This document shows, in pieces, positions 1 through 11,499 of a stretch of DNA of 64,000 bases. This stretch comes from Macrostomum hystrix (Eukaryota > Animalia > Platyhelminthes): NCBI GenBank assembly GCA_950097015.1, contig CATNEN010000013.1, positions 124,001 through 188,000 on the forward strand. The letters are read 5' to 3'. The notes below the pieces were generated by a model that saw nothing but the letters and a program-made list of their open reading frames with translations, searched no databases and had not been told where the DNA came from. Made by a program: the position numbers and the translations under genes. Positions within the stretch are counted from its first letter, which is position 1, and each line of letters begins with the position of its first letter.

Positions 1-420
1 ATTCGGATTCCCAACCAAGTCGGATTCCCAATCAATTCAGATTCCCAATCAATTCGGATTCCCAATCAATTCGGATACCCAATCAATTCGGATTCCCAAT
101 CAATTCGGATTCCCAATCAATTCGGATTCCCAATCAATTCGGATTCTCAATCAATTCGGATTCCCAATCAATTCGGATTCCCAATCAAATCGGGTTCCCT
201 GGGCGGATTCCCAATCAAGTCGGGTTCCCTGGGCGGATTCCCAATCAAGTCGGGTTCCCTCGGCGGATTCCCAAATTAAGTCGGGTTCCCTGGGCGGATT
301 CCCAATCAAGTCGGGTTCCCTGGGCGGATTCCCAATCAAGTCGGGTTCCCTGGGCGGATTCCCAGTCAAGTCGGGTTCCCTGGGCGGATTCCCAGTCAAG
401 TCGGGTTCCCTGGGCGGATT
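1..420. repeat. Tandem minisatellite: 17-bp unit changing to a related 30-bp unit
   Basis: AATCAATTCGGATTCCC recurs at a 17-nt period (64, 81, 98, 115); from about 180 the unit is AATCAAGTCGGGTTCCCTGGGCGGATTCCC (30 nt). Truncated by the window start. Confidence 0.95.
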
Positions 421-898
421 CACTAGTCGCATTTTACATAGGTCTCTTTATGGCTCATTTAATCAGTAAAATTCTAAGCGCAAGGACCAGTAAACCCACT
501 GGTTAACACTGACGATGCCGAGCTAGCAGATTTTTTAAATTATTTTATAAAGTGAAAATAAATCGCTGGAAATCACGTTTTGTTTAAGACCTGAGCGGCA
601 TGAGTCAGTTTACTGATGCTGAATGGACTCAGGTAAGAAGCAGACAGACAGTCTGGAAGAAATGCAGCAGCTATAGAGACTCTAAGCTCTTTGTTACTAT
701 CGGGGGGTCGTTTAAGTGGAGAGAGACAGCAAATTTGAGCTAAATTTGTTGCTTATTGCTCATCTGAGTCTTCAACTGTCCGACCGTACCTTGAATTCCC
801 TTTTCTTCTCAAGCACATTGCTTGTGCACTTAAATTTAAGAGGCCTCTAGAATTAACTTGTCTGCATCTCAGTCAAAAGTGGCCAGGCAGTCATCTGT

Positions 899-900
<2 letters not shown>

Positions 901-929
<29 letters not shown>
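901..929. repeat. (GCT)n microsatellite
   Basis: About 9 perfect GCT units. Confidence 0.95.
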
Positions 930-930
<1 letters not shown>

Positions 931-2754
931 TCTGGTCCGGTGGTGAAAGGCAAACAAACCGCTTCTGACATTTATAATGTTATGGCCTGTCTCTCTAGTG
1001 TCACCGAGATTTCAACATCTCAAATAGTTTCAATGGATTTATTGAAGAATTGAGGCTTTTGATAATAAGGCGTCACTTGAAATCGGGAGAAATTGTTGCA
1101 TGCGGCTGGTTTTGCTTTGAGATATTTGTGCTTCGACAAATATTCTAGTGAGCAAAGCCACGAATAGCTAAGTGGAGTTTGAGCACACAGTTTGCATAAT
1201 GATAATGATCAAACTCATTCTCCACAGCTAGCATTGTGTTCCATTATTAAATCTTAAAGGGAAAACTGCTGTATAGGCTAAGGTCCTTTCAAGCCCATTG
1301 ATCTGTCAAACTTGTAAATCACCGGTAAGGAACTCACTCATCTCGTACAATACTGCATGGATGATTTGTGACACAATCACTAGGCTCAGCTGCCAACTGT
1401 GTAGGGAACTCAGTCGTTAATAATAATAATACTAATTCTGATGGTCTAGCGAGGGAGCCGGGGATAAGTGGGTCGGGGGGGCGACTGTGTTGAGCCCCGG
1501 GGGGATTTCCTATACTAGAGAGAGACTTCGCCTGTCTGACAGCTGTCCTTGGACCCTCGGATCCAGTCTCCGTACATGGCGGCTCCGAGATACAACTGTT
1601 GAGAACTCGCAGACTCCATCCCGGACAGCCATAGCAATCAGACAGGTTGAGATGGTTGATGAGGGCATCTAAAGCTAGAGCTAAATCACATTTGATAAAT
1701 TATGTGGGATACGGGATTTGCTCGGTGAAAAAATAGCGGGAAATTTCTACTCATTTTAAATGTTGCCGTTGCTAAGGATCAGGGAGTGATTAGGGTTTGG
1801 ATTACTAAACTAAAATAAACTCCCGGTGGTCAGGAGTTCGAATCTCAATACAAGGAAACAATGAATTTTTATTGCCTCCTAGGGCAGACATTTGACGCAG
1901 CATTTTATCACTTACAGCATGACATATTTACACACGCTTGTGCCCAAATATACTTCATCCAAAAGGAACACACAAATAGTCTCATACACTCCAATCTTAT
2001 CCAAATCCCAACAGAAATCTCCCTTCCTCCATCACTGGCTTCGAACTTTTTTCTCCAGTCAATTTCTAGACGCTCTCATTCTCCCAGACTCCCGCGGTGA
2101 GTTGGTTCTCTCCCTCCCCCTGCTGCAGTGCTTCCCACGGGCTTGTCTCCGCGTGGCAGCGCGTCACAGCGGGTCTCATTAGCAGCACTCCACTTGCTTG
2201 ACATCTATAGCCCACACACACACAGGCCTATAGCAGCTCTCTGCACAGGCGGTCTGTGAACTCGCTTTACTAGTTCTTTTAGAGTTTTGAACCCATTCAC
2301 TCGCGCTTCCTTAATAGGGAAGTTGCGAGTCTGGGCGTCGATAACAGTCAGCCATTGATTCTGACGGGAAAACTGAGCAGCATTTGGCAACATTTCCAAT
2401 ATGGAAACAACTTCGTTTATAATGAATCTTGCAGCTGGAGAAGAACTCCTTACACCTGATTTCTTTGTTTCCTATAAGCCCTAGTTGAAGATTTCAGAAA
2501 TGAAAAAAGTCTGGAACTGGTTGCTCAGTTAATTGGCTTTTCTGGAGAGTATTAAGGTGCTGTGGGAGTGCCGAGAAAGGCCAATTATGCTACGGTAACG
2601 ACTTTACCTCTTACAAATGCTAGCCTGAACCGAAGCACAACAGAAGACTTAAAAAACGCTAAACTGACAGAGCTCAAATGCTCAGTGTTTTATCGACATC
2701 TGCGGCTGACACCTGTGGTGTCATGATGAGAAATTTACGCGCGAAAGTCAGAGG

Positions 2755-3072
2755 ATCAGGGAGTTACGGGTGTCAGGGGATCAGGGAGTCACGGGTGTCA
2801 AGGGATCAGTAAGTCAACGGATTTCAGGGGATCACGGAGTCACTGGTGACTGGGGATCAGGGAGTCGCGTGTGTCAGGGGATCAGGGAGTCACGGGTGTC
2901 AAGGGATCAGGAAGTCACTGGTGTCTGGGGATCAGGGAGTCGCGGGTGTCAGGGGATCAGGAAGTCAACGGATTTCAGGGGATCACGGAGTCACTGGTGA
3001 CTGGGGATCAGGAAGTCAACGGATTTCAGGGGATCAGGGAGTCACTGGTGACTGGGGATCAGGGAGTCACGC
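2755..3072. repeat. 25-bp minisatellite (GGGGATCAGGGAGTCACGGGTGTCA and variants)
   Basis: Direct reading; three interleaved unit variants. The overlapping ORFs are repeat translations. Confidence 0.93.
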
Positions 3073-3289
3073 GGGATAGATGGCTCTGAGACGTGAAAAT
3101 TAATCCTGTATTCAGTTTCATATTTTCAGATGATCATTGCGTAATTAATCGAGAATGATACGACGTTCTGATTATAACTTGGTCGTACGTTAAATATTTT
3201 TTAATTATTCATTTACGTCTCTCTTGTATCTCTAGGCCAAGCTTCTGATTTTGTTGCCACAAGCCAAGTATTCAGAAAACAATGGATTA

Positions 3290-3450
3290 AACAATATAGA
3301 CTGAGGGAAGTAGATATTTAAGCGAAAATTGTGGCAAGATGGTGGCTTATAATTATGATGGATGGCCATAAAGCACATGCATATTATTGCCTCAGAAAAG
3401 CAAATTGAGAAGGAATCAACCATTTGGGATTTCTCTCCCATTTCTGGGCA
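3290..3450 (+). mobile_element. Degenerate pogo/Fot1-like (DDE_1) transposase remnant
   Basis: The frame from 3340 reads WWLIIMMDGHKAHAYYCLRKAN*EGINHLGFLSHF, resembling the pogo-family LLxxDGHxSH...A...GI.LL..P.H segment around the second catalytic Asp. In-frame stop at 3406; no TIRs found. Confidence 0.45.
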
Positions 3451-4384
3451 CAGAAAAAGCTGCGATCCCCACAAAATGCAACGCGAGCGTGCCACAGACC
3501 AGCGTTGGCAACAGGGCCTCAACAATGCCGGAGAGGTTGGGGATCTAGAGGGATATTAGGGACTACAAGGGGACACACGGGAGCAGCGGAGAAGCGCGTC
3601 AGTGAAAGAGGAAAATGCTGTGGAGATTTTTTTCGGTCAGTTTTTTCATTCTTCCCATCTGTGACTGGGGCATTGGGGGGCATTGTTGTTGCGGCTGGGC
3701 GGGACGTGAGGCAACTCGGGTCGGGGGAGGGGAGAATTCGAGCGAGCTAAGAGCGGCTCTAGGAGGAGGAAAAAAACAACAAACATTTTTTATCCTCTAT
3801 TCTCCAGGGTCCTCAAGCCCCGCCTCTCCCGGGGCTTCACCGCGCGCCAACCCCTGCGCCTCCCTACCGACTCAAATCCCTTTTTTTCTCGCTGGCTTAG
3901 GGAGCTGGGGGGTTTTGGTGGGGCAATTAGGCCGGCCCACTTCGATGAGGAGGGGAAATCCGCACGTGATGCCAGAGCTTTGGGGATCTATTAATTAGAG
4001 TGGGAAATATGTAGGAAGGCAATGGGATAATAGATCGGGGAGACATTCGGCTTTGGCATGAAAAAAATCCTTCAGCCCCATCGCAACCGTCGTGAGGCGA
4101 TTCGAGCAACTTTTCGCCTGCCTTCCCCTCCCCTCATTCGGCCCTGTTCCCATTCGACCAGATTTCGTCTCTCTGCCTCTCCCGCCCGTCAATGCCTACA
4201 TGAGCGTTTTTTTCTGAACGAGAATTTGAAAAAGCAAAACTTTTTTCATTTATTTCTTTTTCTAATTCTGTCTTGAACCCGAGATTTCTCGAGCTCGTGG
4301 ATCGTGAATCTATTATCCGAAATCTAAAGCTTTAATATTCTATGAAATATGTTTAGCTCAGGAGTGTAAGGATCAGGGTTTAGT

Positions 4385-5068
4385 GTCAGGAGGGGATCAA
4401 GAAGTCACTGTTGTCAAGTATCTGGGTGTCACGGGTGTCAGGGGATCAGGGAGTCACGGGTGTCAGGAGATCAGGGAGTCGCTGGCATCAGGGGATCAGG
4501 AGGTCAACGGATTTCAGGGATCACAGAGTCACTGGTCACTGGGGATCCGGGAGTCGCGGGTGTCAGGAGGGGATCAGGGAGTCACGAGTGTCGGGAGGGG
4601 ATCATCGAGTCACGAGTGTCAGGAGGGGATCATGGAGTCACGAGTGTCAGGAGGGGATCAGGGAGTCACGAGTGTCAGGAGGGGATCATGGAGTCACGAG
4701 TGTCAGGAGGGGATCCGGGAGTCACGAGTGTCAGGAGGGGATCATGGAGTCACGAGTGTCAGGAGGGGATCAGGGAGTCACGAGTGTCAGGAGGGGATCA
4801 GGGAGTCACGAGTGTCAGGAGGGGATCATGGAGTCACGAGTGTCAGGAGGGGATCATGGAGTCACGAGTGTCAGGAGGGGATCAGGGAGTCACGAGTGTC
4901 AGGAGGGGATCATGGAGTCACGAGTGTCAGGAGGGGATCATGGAGTCACGAGTGTCAGGAGGGGATCATGGAGTCACGAGTGTCAGGAGGGGATCATGGA
5001 GTCACGAGTGTCAGGAGGGGATCATGGAGTCACGAGTGTCAGGAGGGGATCAGGGAGTCACGGGTGTC
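4385..5068. repeat. Minisatellite of the same family as 2755-3072, expanding from 25-bp to 28-bp units
   Basis: The 28-nt unit AGGAGGGGATCA(G/T)GGAGTCACGAGTGTC is seen at 4621, 4649 and onward; the first units are 25-mers. Confidence 0.95.
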
Positions 5069-5073
5069 TTGAC

Positions 5074-5740
5074 TTAGCTGCAGGGGGCATCCCACGGATG
5101 CAGCGGGGACGCCTTGCCGCCCATTCCGCTAGCCCCTGGCGACCAAAGCCGCGGTGTCGCGCAGGGGGATCCGGTGATGCCGGCGTCCACAGCGCGGTCC
5201 TCCTCCGGAGAGTCCGGGAGGTGGAGAGTCGCTCGCCCAGTGGCCCTTAGGTAACGGACGAGCTGGCAGATGTTCTCAGGCCTGAAAACGTCGGGGAGAT
5301 TCGGGTTTGGGCCGAGATCGGTGAGCCTGTCCTGAGTGAAGGCGGGGCAGTCGCAAATAAAATGCTCTGCATCCTCAACGTAGGAGAGGCAGAAAGGGCA
5401 CTCCTCACTGCGGATTTTGCCTTGCAGGAAGCGGTCCCTGGCGAAACAGCCGTGGCCAGAGAGGGCCATGGTGACTGCCCTGATTTCCTTGCGTTTAATT
5501 CCAAGCAGGGCCTTGCGAAGGGCAGTGGAGGGACAAGGAACAGCAGCGCGAGACAATCGGCGGTATTGATCCACCTGTCCTTGTGCTTTGAGGCCACCCA
5601 CTAGTAAATCCGAGTGTTGACGACGGCGGTAGGGGTGGAGACCGCAGGCACGGGGCCAAAAAGCGAACCCGTCGAACCGGCCTTGGCGAGGCTGTCGGCC
5701 AATTCGTTACGGGTGCCAGGGGACCATAGTAACCCCGTTT
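5074..5740 (-). mobile_element. 5'-truncated, degenerate non-LTR retrotransposon (RNase H-containing, LOA/I/R1-like) 3' end
   Basis: The minus strand reads [23 protein letters not shown] (RNase H C-terminal W.PGH..GNE.AD.LAK motif, degraded), then [10 protein letters not shown] in another frame, then LSGHG...[21 protein letters not shown] (LINE C-terminal CCHC). Frameshifts and a stop are present. Confidence 0.8.
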
Positions 5741-5804
5741 AAGCTCAATCGCTGGTGGCGCATAGTTCACACAATGTCCGCACCGAATCCCTCCCTCCGC
5801 GCAG

Positions 5805-6611
5805 TTGTGCTTCAACAAGCAGGACCTGCTGCTGCACAACAGCTCGGTGCACAAGGCCGATCCCAGGCCATTCCAGTGCGACACCTGCGGCCGGCAATTC
5901 GCCACTGCGGCCTACCTGTGCCAGCACAGGCGAATCCACACCGGCCAGAGACCCTACGGCTGCAAGTTCTGCGACAAGCGCTTCACCCAGCTGTCACACG
6001 TGCAGCAGCACGAGCGGATTCACACAGGCGACAAGCCCTACCGCTGCTGGCACTGCGCCAAGAGCTTCACCCAGATGAGCAACCTGCAGAGTCACCAGCG
6101 GCAGCACACCAAGGACAAGCCGCACAGGTGCGACGCCTGCCACATGTGCTTCGACTCCAGGGAGGAGCTGGACACGCATGCGGCCGCCAGACACAGCACC
6201 AACAAGTACAGCCGGGTGCTGCTCTGCCGGGTCTGCGGCAAGGCCTACAATTCAGAAACTTACCTTAGCAAGCACCTGGCCAAGCACAGGGACAAGCAGG
6301 CAAGGCAGAACGAGCAGCAGCAGCAGCAGCCGCACGCCACCGACTTCGCTGCTCATCGTTCGCCACTGGCACCGCCGCTGCCGCCGCAGCCGCTTCAACA
6401 CCAGAATCATCTTCAGCAACAGCAGCAGCAGCAGCAGCATCCGTCTAATATGGCACTGGCGCAGCCGGCCGTCACCTCGTCGCCTTCGTCTGGTCAACAC
6501 GCGGCTGCCGCAGCCGCAGCCGCAGCCGCCGCAGCCGCAGCCGCAGCAGCCAATGGCTATTCGTCCGCTTTCGCTAGCGGGGTTGCCGGTCCGTTCAAGT
6601 TCGCATTCTGA
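5805..6611 (+). CDS. Terminal coding exon of a C2H2 zinc-finger transcription factor, rotund/squeeze/lin-29/ZNF384-362 type
   Basis: Acceptor CCCTCCGCGCAG at 5793-5804. Tandem C2H2 fingers with TGxxPY linkers and the family-like segments YLxQHxRIH, FTQLSHxQQH, SNLQSHxR, KDKP, ETYLSKH; polyQ/polyA tail; stop at 6609-6611. Upstream exons were not located. Confidence 0.88.
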   Translation: MCFNKQDLLLHNSSVHKADPRPFQCDTCGRQFATAAYLCQHRRIHTGQRPYGCKFCDKRFTQLSHVQQHERIHTGDKPYRCWHCAKSFTQMSNLQSHQRQHTKDKPHRCDACHMCFDSREELDTHAAARHSTNKYSRVLLCRVCGKAYNSETYLSKHLAKHRDKQARQNEQQQQQPHATDFAAHRSPLAPPLPPQPLQHQNHLQQQQQQQQHPSNMALAQPAVTSSPSSGQHAAAAAAAAAAAAAAAAANGYSSAFASGVAGPFKFAF

Positions 6612-7394
6612 TCCTGATAACAGTAGGGCTGCGGGCTTTGGCAGTCCTGAAAAACACATTCTTATATATGAATAACTGGCTTATATATAATCTTTGAAAT
6701 TCAAAAAGGTTATAAAAATCTAACTTTGATATCTCAAATGGAAATCTTTTTCTTATTACACTGATTTACTGTCTTGTGTCCGTCAATGCTTTTCTTCTTG
6801 TCATCAATTTTCGCCTATTAATACAGTCCGCACGATATTCCCAATCGCACTGCTGTAAGTAGCTTTGTAGAGGATTTTGTTGGTGAAATGTGAATGCTCT
6901 ATTGCAATTCTATCGCTGAAAATTGTCTAATATTGGATGCCTGTGACACTGCGGCAAGCAGCTCTTTTGTTGATGTAATCCCATGCTATCCCTCTTAGCC
7001 CTGTAATTAGTTTACCCAAGTCCATATTACCGTCTGTAACTGTTACTGAATAATTACAAACGTAAACTACATATGTCAACACTGATTTCAATCTATCCAA
7101 AGATGATTCCGTTGTGAAAAGTTCCAGTTTACACTCGTACAGGTATGTTTTATGTCTATGCACTGACTAACTATTAAGCCTATGAGCAATCTTAGTTGGA
7201 CACTATATTATATACGCGAATGAATCTAAGCGCAATTCGAAGTCACTATGTGTTTGTGAATGATCAGTAAATTACTTATCAGTCGGACTAAATTCGCGCA
7301 GGAAATAATATCCTCTCACTTGCAAGCATTCCTCGCGTGTTTGCTTATTTTCTAGCTGAATATTCAATACATGTAATCTAATATAGTGGAGAGT

Positions 7395-9600
7395 GATTAA
7401 GGAATAGGCTGGGTATATTGAAGAGTAGGTGAAGTAGATAAGGGAGTAGGCGGAGTAGATTGAAGAAGATTGAAGAGTAGGCTGGGTAGATTGAAGAGTA
7501 GATGGAGTAGATTGAGAAGTAGGCTGGGTATATTGAAGAGTAGGTGATGTAGATAAGGGAGTAGGCGGAGTAGATTGAAGAAGATTGAAGAGTAGGCTGG
7601 GTAGATTGAAGAGTAGGTGGAGTAGATTGAGAAGTAGGCAGTGTAGATTGAGGAGTAGGTGGAGTGGATTGAGGAGTAGATGGAGTAGATAGAGTAGATT
7701 GAGGAGTAGGCGGAGTAGATTGAGAAGAGTAGATTAGATTAGATTTGAGAGATTTGAGAGTAGAGTAGATTGAGGAGTAGGTATAGTAGATTGAGGCATA
7801 GGTGCAGTAGATTGAGGCGTAGGTAGAGTAGATTGAGGAGTGGGTAGAGTAGATTGAGGAGTAGGTAAAGTAGATTGAGGAGTAGGTAAAGTAGATTGAG
7901 GCGTAGGTGTAGTAGATTGAGGAGTAGGTAGAGTAGATTGAGGTGTAGGTAGAGTAGATTGAGGAGTAGGTGTAGTAGATTGAGGAGTAGGTAGAGTAGA
8001 TTGAGGCGTAGGTAGAGTAGATAGAGGAGTAGGTGCAGTAGATTGAGGAGTAGGTAGAGTAGATTGAGGAGTAGGTGCAGTAGATTGAGGAGTAGGTGCA
8101 GTAGATTGAGGAGTAGGCTGGGTATATTGAAGAGTAGGTGATGTAGATAAGGGAGTAGGCGGAGTAGATTGAAGAAGATTGAAGAGTAGGCTGGGTAGAT
8201 TGAAGAGTAGGTGGAGTAGATTGAGAAGTAGGCAGTGTAGATTGAGGAGTAGGTGGAGTGGATTGAGGAGTAGATGGAGTAGATAGAGTAGATTGAGGAG
8301 TAGGCGGAGTAGATTGAGAAGAGTAGATTAGATTAGATTTGAGAGATTTGAGAGTAGAGTAGATTGAGGAGTAGGTATAGTAGATTGAGGCATAGGTGCA
8401 GTAGATTGAGGCGTAGGTAGAGTAGATTGAGGAGTGGGTAGAGTAGATTGAGGAGTAGGTAAAGTAGATTGAGGAGTAGGTAAAGTAGATTGAGGCGTAG
8501 GTGTAGTAGATTGAGGAGTAGGTAGAGTAGATTGAGGTGTAGGTAGAGTAGATTGAGGAGTAGGTGTAGTAGATTGAGGAGTAGGTAGAGTAGATTGAGG
8601 CGTAGGTAGAGTAGATAGAGGAGTAGGTGCAGTAGATTGAGGAGTAGGTAGAGTAGATTGAGGAGTAGGTGCAGTAGATTGAGGAGTAGGTGCAGTAGAT
8701 TGAGGAGTAGGCTGGGTATATTGAAGAGTAGGTGAAGTAGATAAGGGAGTAGGCGGAGTAGATTGAAGAAGATTGAAGAGTAGGCTGGGTAGATTGAAGA
8801 GTAGGTGGAGTAGATTGAGAAGTAGGCAGTGTAGATTGAGGAGTAGGTGGAGTGGATTGAGGAGTAGATGGAGTAGATAGAGTAGATTGAGGAGTAGGCG
8901 GAGTAGATTGAGAAGAGTAGATTAGATTAGATTTGAGAGATTTGAGAGTAGAGTAGATTGAGGAGTAGGTATAGTAGATTAAGGCATAGGTGCAGTAGAT
9001 TGAGGCGTAGGTAGAGTAGATTGAGGAGTGGGTAGAGTAGATTGAGGAGTAGGTAAAGTAGATTGAGGAGTAGGTAAAGTAGATTGAGGCGTAGGTGTAG
9101 TAGATTGAGGAGTAGGTAGAGTAGATTGAGGCGTAGGTAGAGTAGATTGAGGAGTAGGTGTAGTAGATTGAGGAGTAAGTAGAGTAGATTGAGGCGTAGG
9201 TAGAGTAGATAGAGGAGTAGGTGCAGTAGATTGAGGAGTAGGTAGAGTAGATTGAGGAGTAGGTGCAGTAGATTGAGGAGTAGGTGCAGTAGATTGAGGA
9301 GTAGGCGCAGTAGATTGAGGAGTAGGTGCAGTAGATTGAGGAGTAGGCGCAGTAGATTGAGGAGTAGGTAGAGTAGATTGAGGAGTAGGTAAAGTAGATT
9401 GAGGAGTAGGTAAAGTAGATTGAGGAGTAGGTAGAGTAGATTGAGGAGTAGGTGTAGTAGATTGAGGAGTAGGTGCAGTAGATTGAGGAGAGTAGATTAG
9501 ATTAGATTTGAGAGATTTGAGAGTAGAGTAGATTGAGGAGTAGGTGCAGTAGATTAAAGCGTAGGTGCAGTAGATTGAGGCGTAGGTGGTGTAGACTGTG
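7395..9600. repeat. About 2.2-kb purine-rich satellite, 21-bp base unit with a 594-bp higher-order repeat
   Basis: Unit GAGTAGATTGAGGAGTAGGTA. The marker AGGCTGGGTATATTGAAGAG recurs at 7521, 8115 and 8709 (594-nt spacing). Confidence 0.95.
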
Positions 9601-10029
9601 CGCGGGTAGAGTTGTATGTGTATTTGATTTCTTGTGAGTAGAATCATATTTTAGTTCACACTGAAACCTGGACCAACTTGTTTTATATTTTGAGACTTAT
9701 ACCGACAACACAATTCTAATTTCCCTCTGGCTGGTCTCAGTTGGTGGCTGCTCAAGCAATTTCTAACGTCAAAGGAAATCAGCGGGGCGATTTCAAGCAG
9801 ATTGGAGATTGAGAAACAGGGCCAGAAAATTGCAGCTGCAGTTTTCGCCGAATCAGAAATGTTCAGTGCTTAAGGTAATTTTCCCATTCTACTCAACCTG
9901 AATCATAAAAAGAGATAAAGATATTAAAACCTGTGATCGAGAACCTGGGATCGTTAATCCCTTATTGGAAATCAACGACAGGAAATACAAGAAAAAAACT
10001 GGATTGGGGTTTCAGGGATCATGGGGGAC

Positions 10030-10165
10030 CAGGGAATCCAGTATCGGGAATCCGGGATGGGGAATCCGGGATGGGGAATCCGGGATGGGGAATCCGGTAT
10101 TGGGAAATCGGTATAGGAAATCCGGGATGGGAAATCCGGTATAAGGAATCTGGGATCGGGAATAT
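10030..10165. repeat. Short degenerate GGGAATCCGGGATG-type tandem repeat
   Basis: Direct reading. Confidence 0.8.
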
Positions 10166-10793
10166 ATGATAGCAAGTCAGTTGCCAAGTCACTCGTGCTT
10201 GACAGCCTTTAGTTTCTGTCTTGAAAGATTTTTCAGTTGGCAGAATTACAAAATAGATTTCCTTGCACGGCAACTAAAACAGCAATTCCCGTCCAGATCT
10301 GCGACTCGCTGCGACAAACTTTCCTGCAGAGAGCTTTGAAGTCTTCAAAGCCAAAGAATACGCTGTTTCTGCAGCCTCACCTACCCTAGAAACTAGGCCA
10401 ATCAGGCGCAGGTGTTAAAAACGGCAGAATCTCAAAATTGGAAGATAAAATTGGTCAGATAGAGCGGCAATTCCCGACAAGACCAATGAGAGAGCGGGTT
10501 TTCGCTAACATAAACTATCGTCGTCTTTCGAGGCTAAATGGTTTCAATCAAAACATCCGCCCACGCGAGCCACCCGGCCCAGCTGCTCTCAATGCTGATT
10601 GGCTGGCGGAGTTCTATATTAGAAAGCCGCTGAAACTCACGGCTAAACCACAAGAAGTCGAGAGAGAAGGAAAAATTTTCCCTTCGAGAAGATGAGATAG
10701 GTCGACGAATCTCTGCTCCTTGCCTGTAACTTTTGTTGCTATGCAGTTTGCTCTCCAATGACTGTTGCAGACTGTGACTGTGCAGCCAGACAC

Positions 10794-11024
10794 ATGCCTA
10801 GCTGTGGAATACTCCTCATGTTTGTGGCGGCCTCCGCCAGCTGTCTCATGCTGGACGCTGACGCCGCCTGCGCAGCAAATCCGGTAGCCTCGGCGTCGAT
10901 TGGTCCTGGCAGCTGCAATCGCGAGATCGTCAGGTGCCGCAGTCATCGCGACTGCTGCCAGCCGAACCGGTGCCTGAAACGGCGCGGAAGCAGCGTCGGC
11001 TACTGCTGCTGCATTGTCTGGTGA
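10794..11024 (+). CDS. Candidate secreted inhibitor-cystine-knot (knottin/conotoxin-framework) peptide precursor, 76 aa
   Basis: MPSCGILLMFVAASASCLMLDA (signal-like) + spacer + C-x6-C-x5-CC-x4-C-x10-CCC-IVW*. GC-rich island in AT-rich flanks; CAG acceptors just upstream; AATAAA at about 11200 and 11245. An upstream in-frame ATG exists at 10758. Confidence 0.6.
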   Translation: MPSCGILLMFVAASASCLMLDADAACAANPVASASIGPGSCNREIVRCRSHRDCCQPNRCLKRRGSSVGYCCCIVW

Positions 11025-11499
11025 CTGCCTCGGGCTAGGCCGAGTTAGAGATCGGCTATTGAAATGCGGGGAATTTTCCTGGCTTCCTAGAAAAAACTGA
11101 CTTTGTTTTAAAAACACTTCCCAATCAAGACAAAAATGAAAAAATTGGACTTTTAAATTTTATTAGAGAAACTAAATTTCTCCCCATTTAAACCTATCCA
11201 ATAAAAATATTTTCTTTTCCTGTCTAAAATAAGTTTGTGTAACGAATAAAACTGAACAAAAACAATGCCCACTGATCTTTGTTTTACCAAGCAAATTAAC
11301 GTAATCATTTTAGGTCAAAATTGTTTTAATTGTGAGAAAATGCACACAAAACAGACACTTTTTCTATTTTTTCCTCAAAAATGTGTCTAAAGGCATGGAT
11401 AATCAAACGGCAAATTTTTCCACCATAGATTTTTTAACAATATTTTTAGACAGCCATTTCACAAGGAGCACTTACCAGGCTAATGTCTCATCCTGGGAG

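Noticed and set aside
1420-1670. Possible LINE 3' end on the minus strand with an (ATT)n tail
   Set aside because: Only a vague resemblance to RTE C-termini (AMAVRDG); not enough to call.
6927-7163. Minus-strand ORF with an LRGIAWD beta-propeller-like word
   Set aside because: Single short motif, AT-rich, no supporting exons.
10660-10700. Short palindrome GAAGGAAAAATTTTCCCTTC causing EGKIFPS on both strands
   Set aside because: A 20-bp imperfect inverted repeat with no further structure or second copy.
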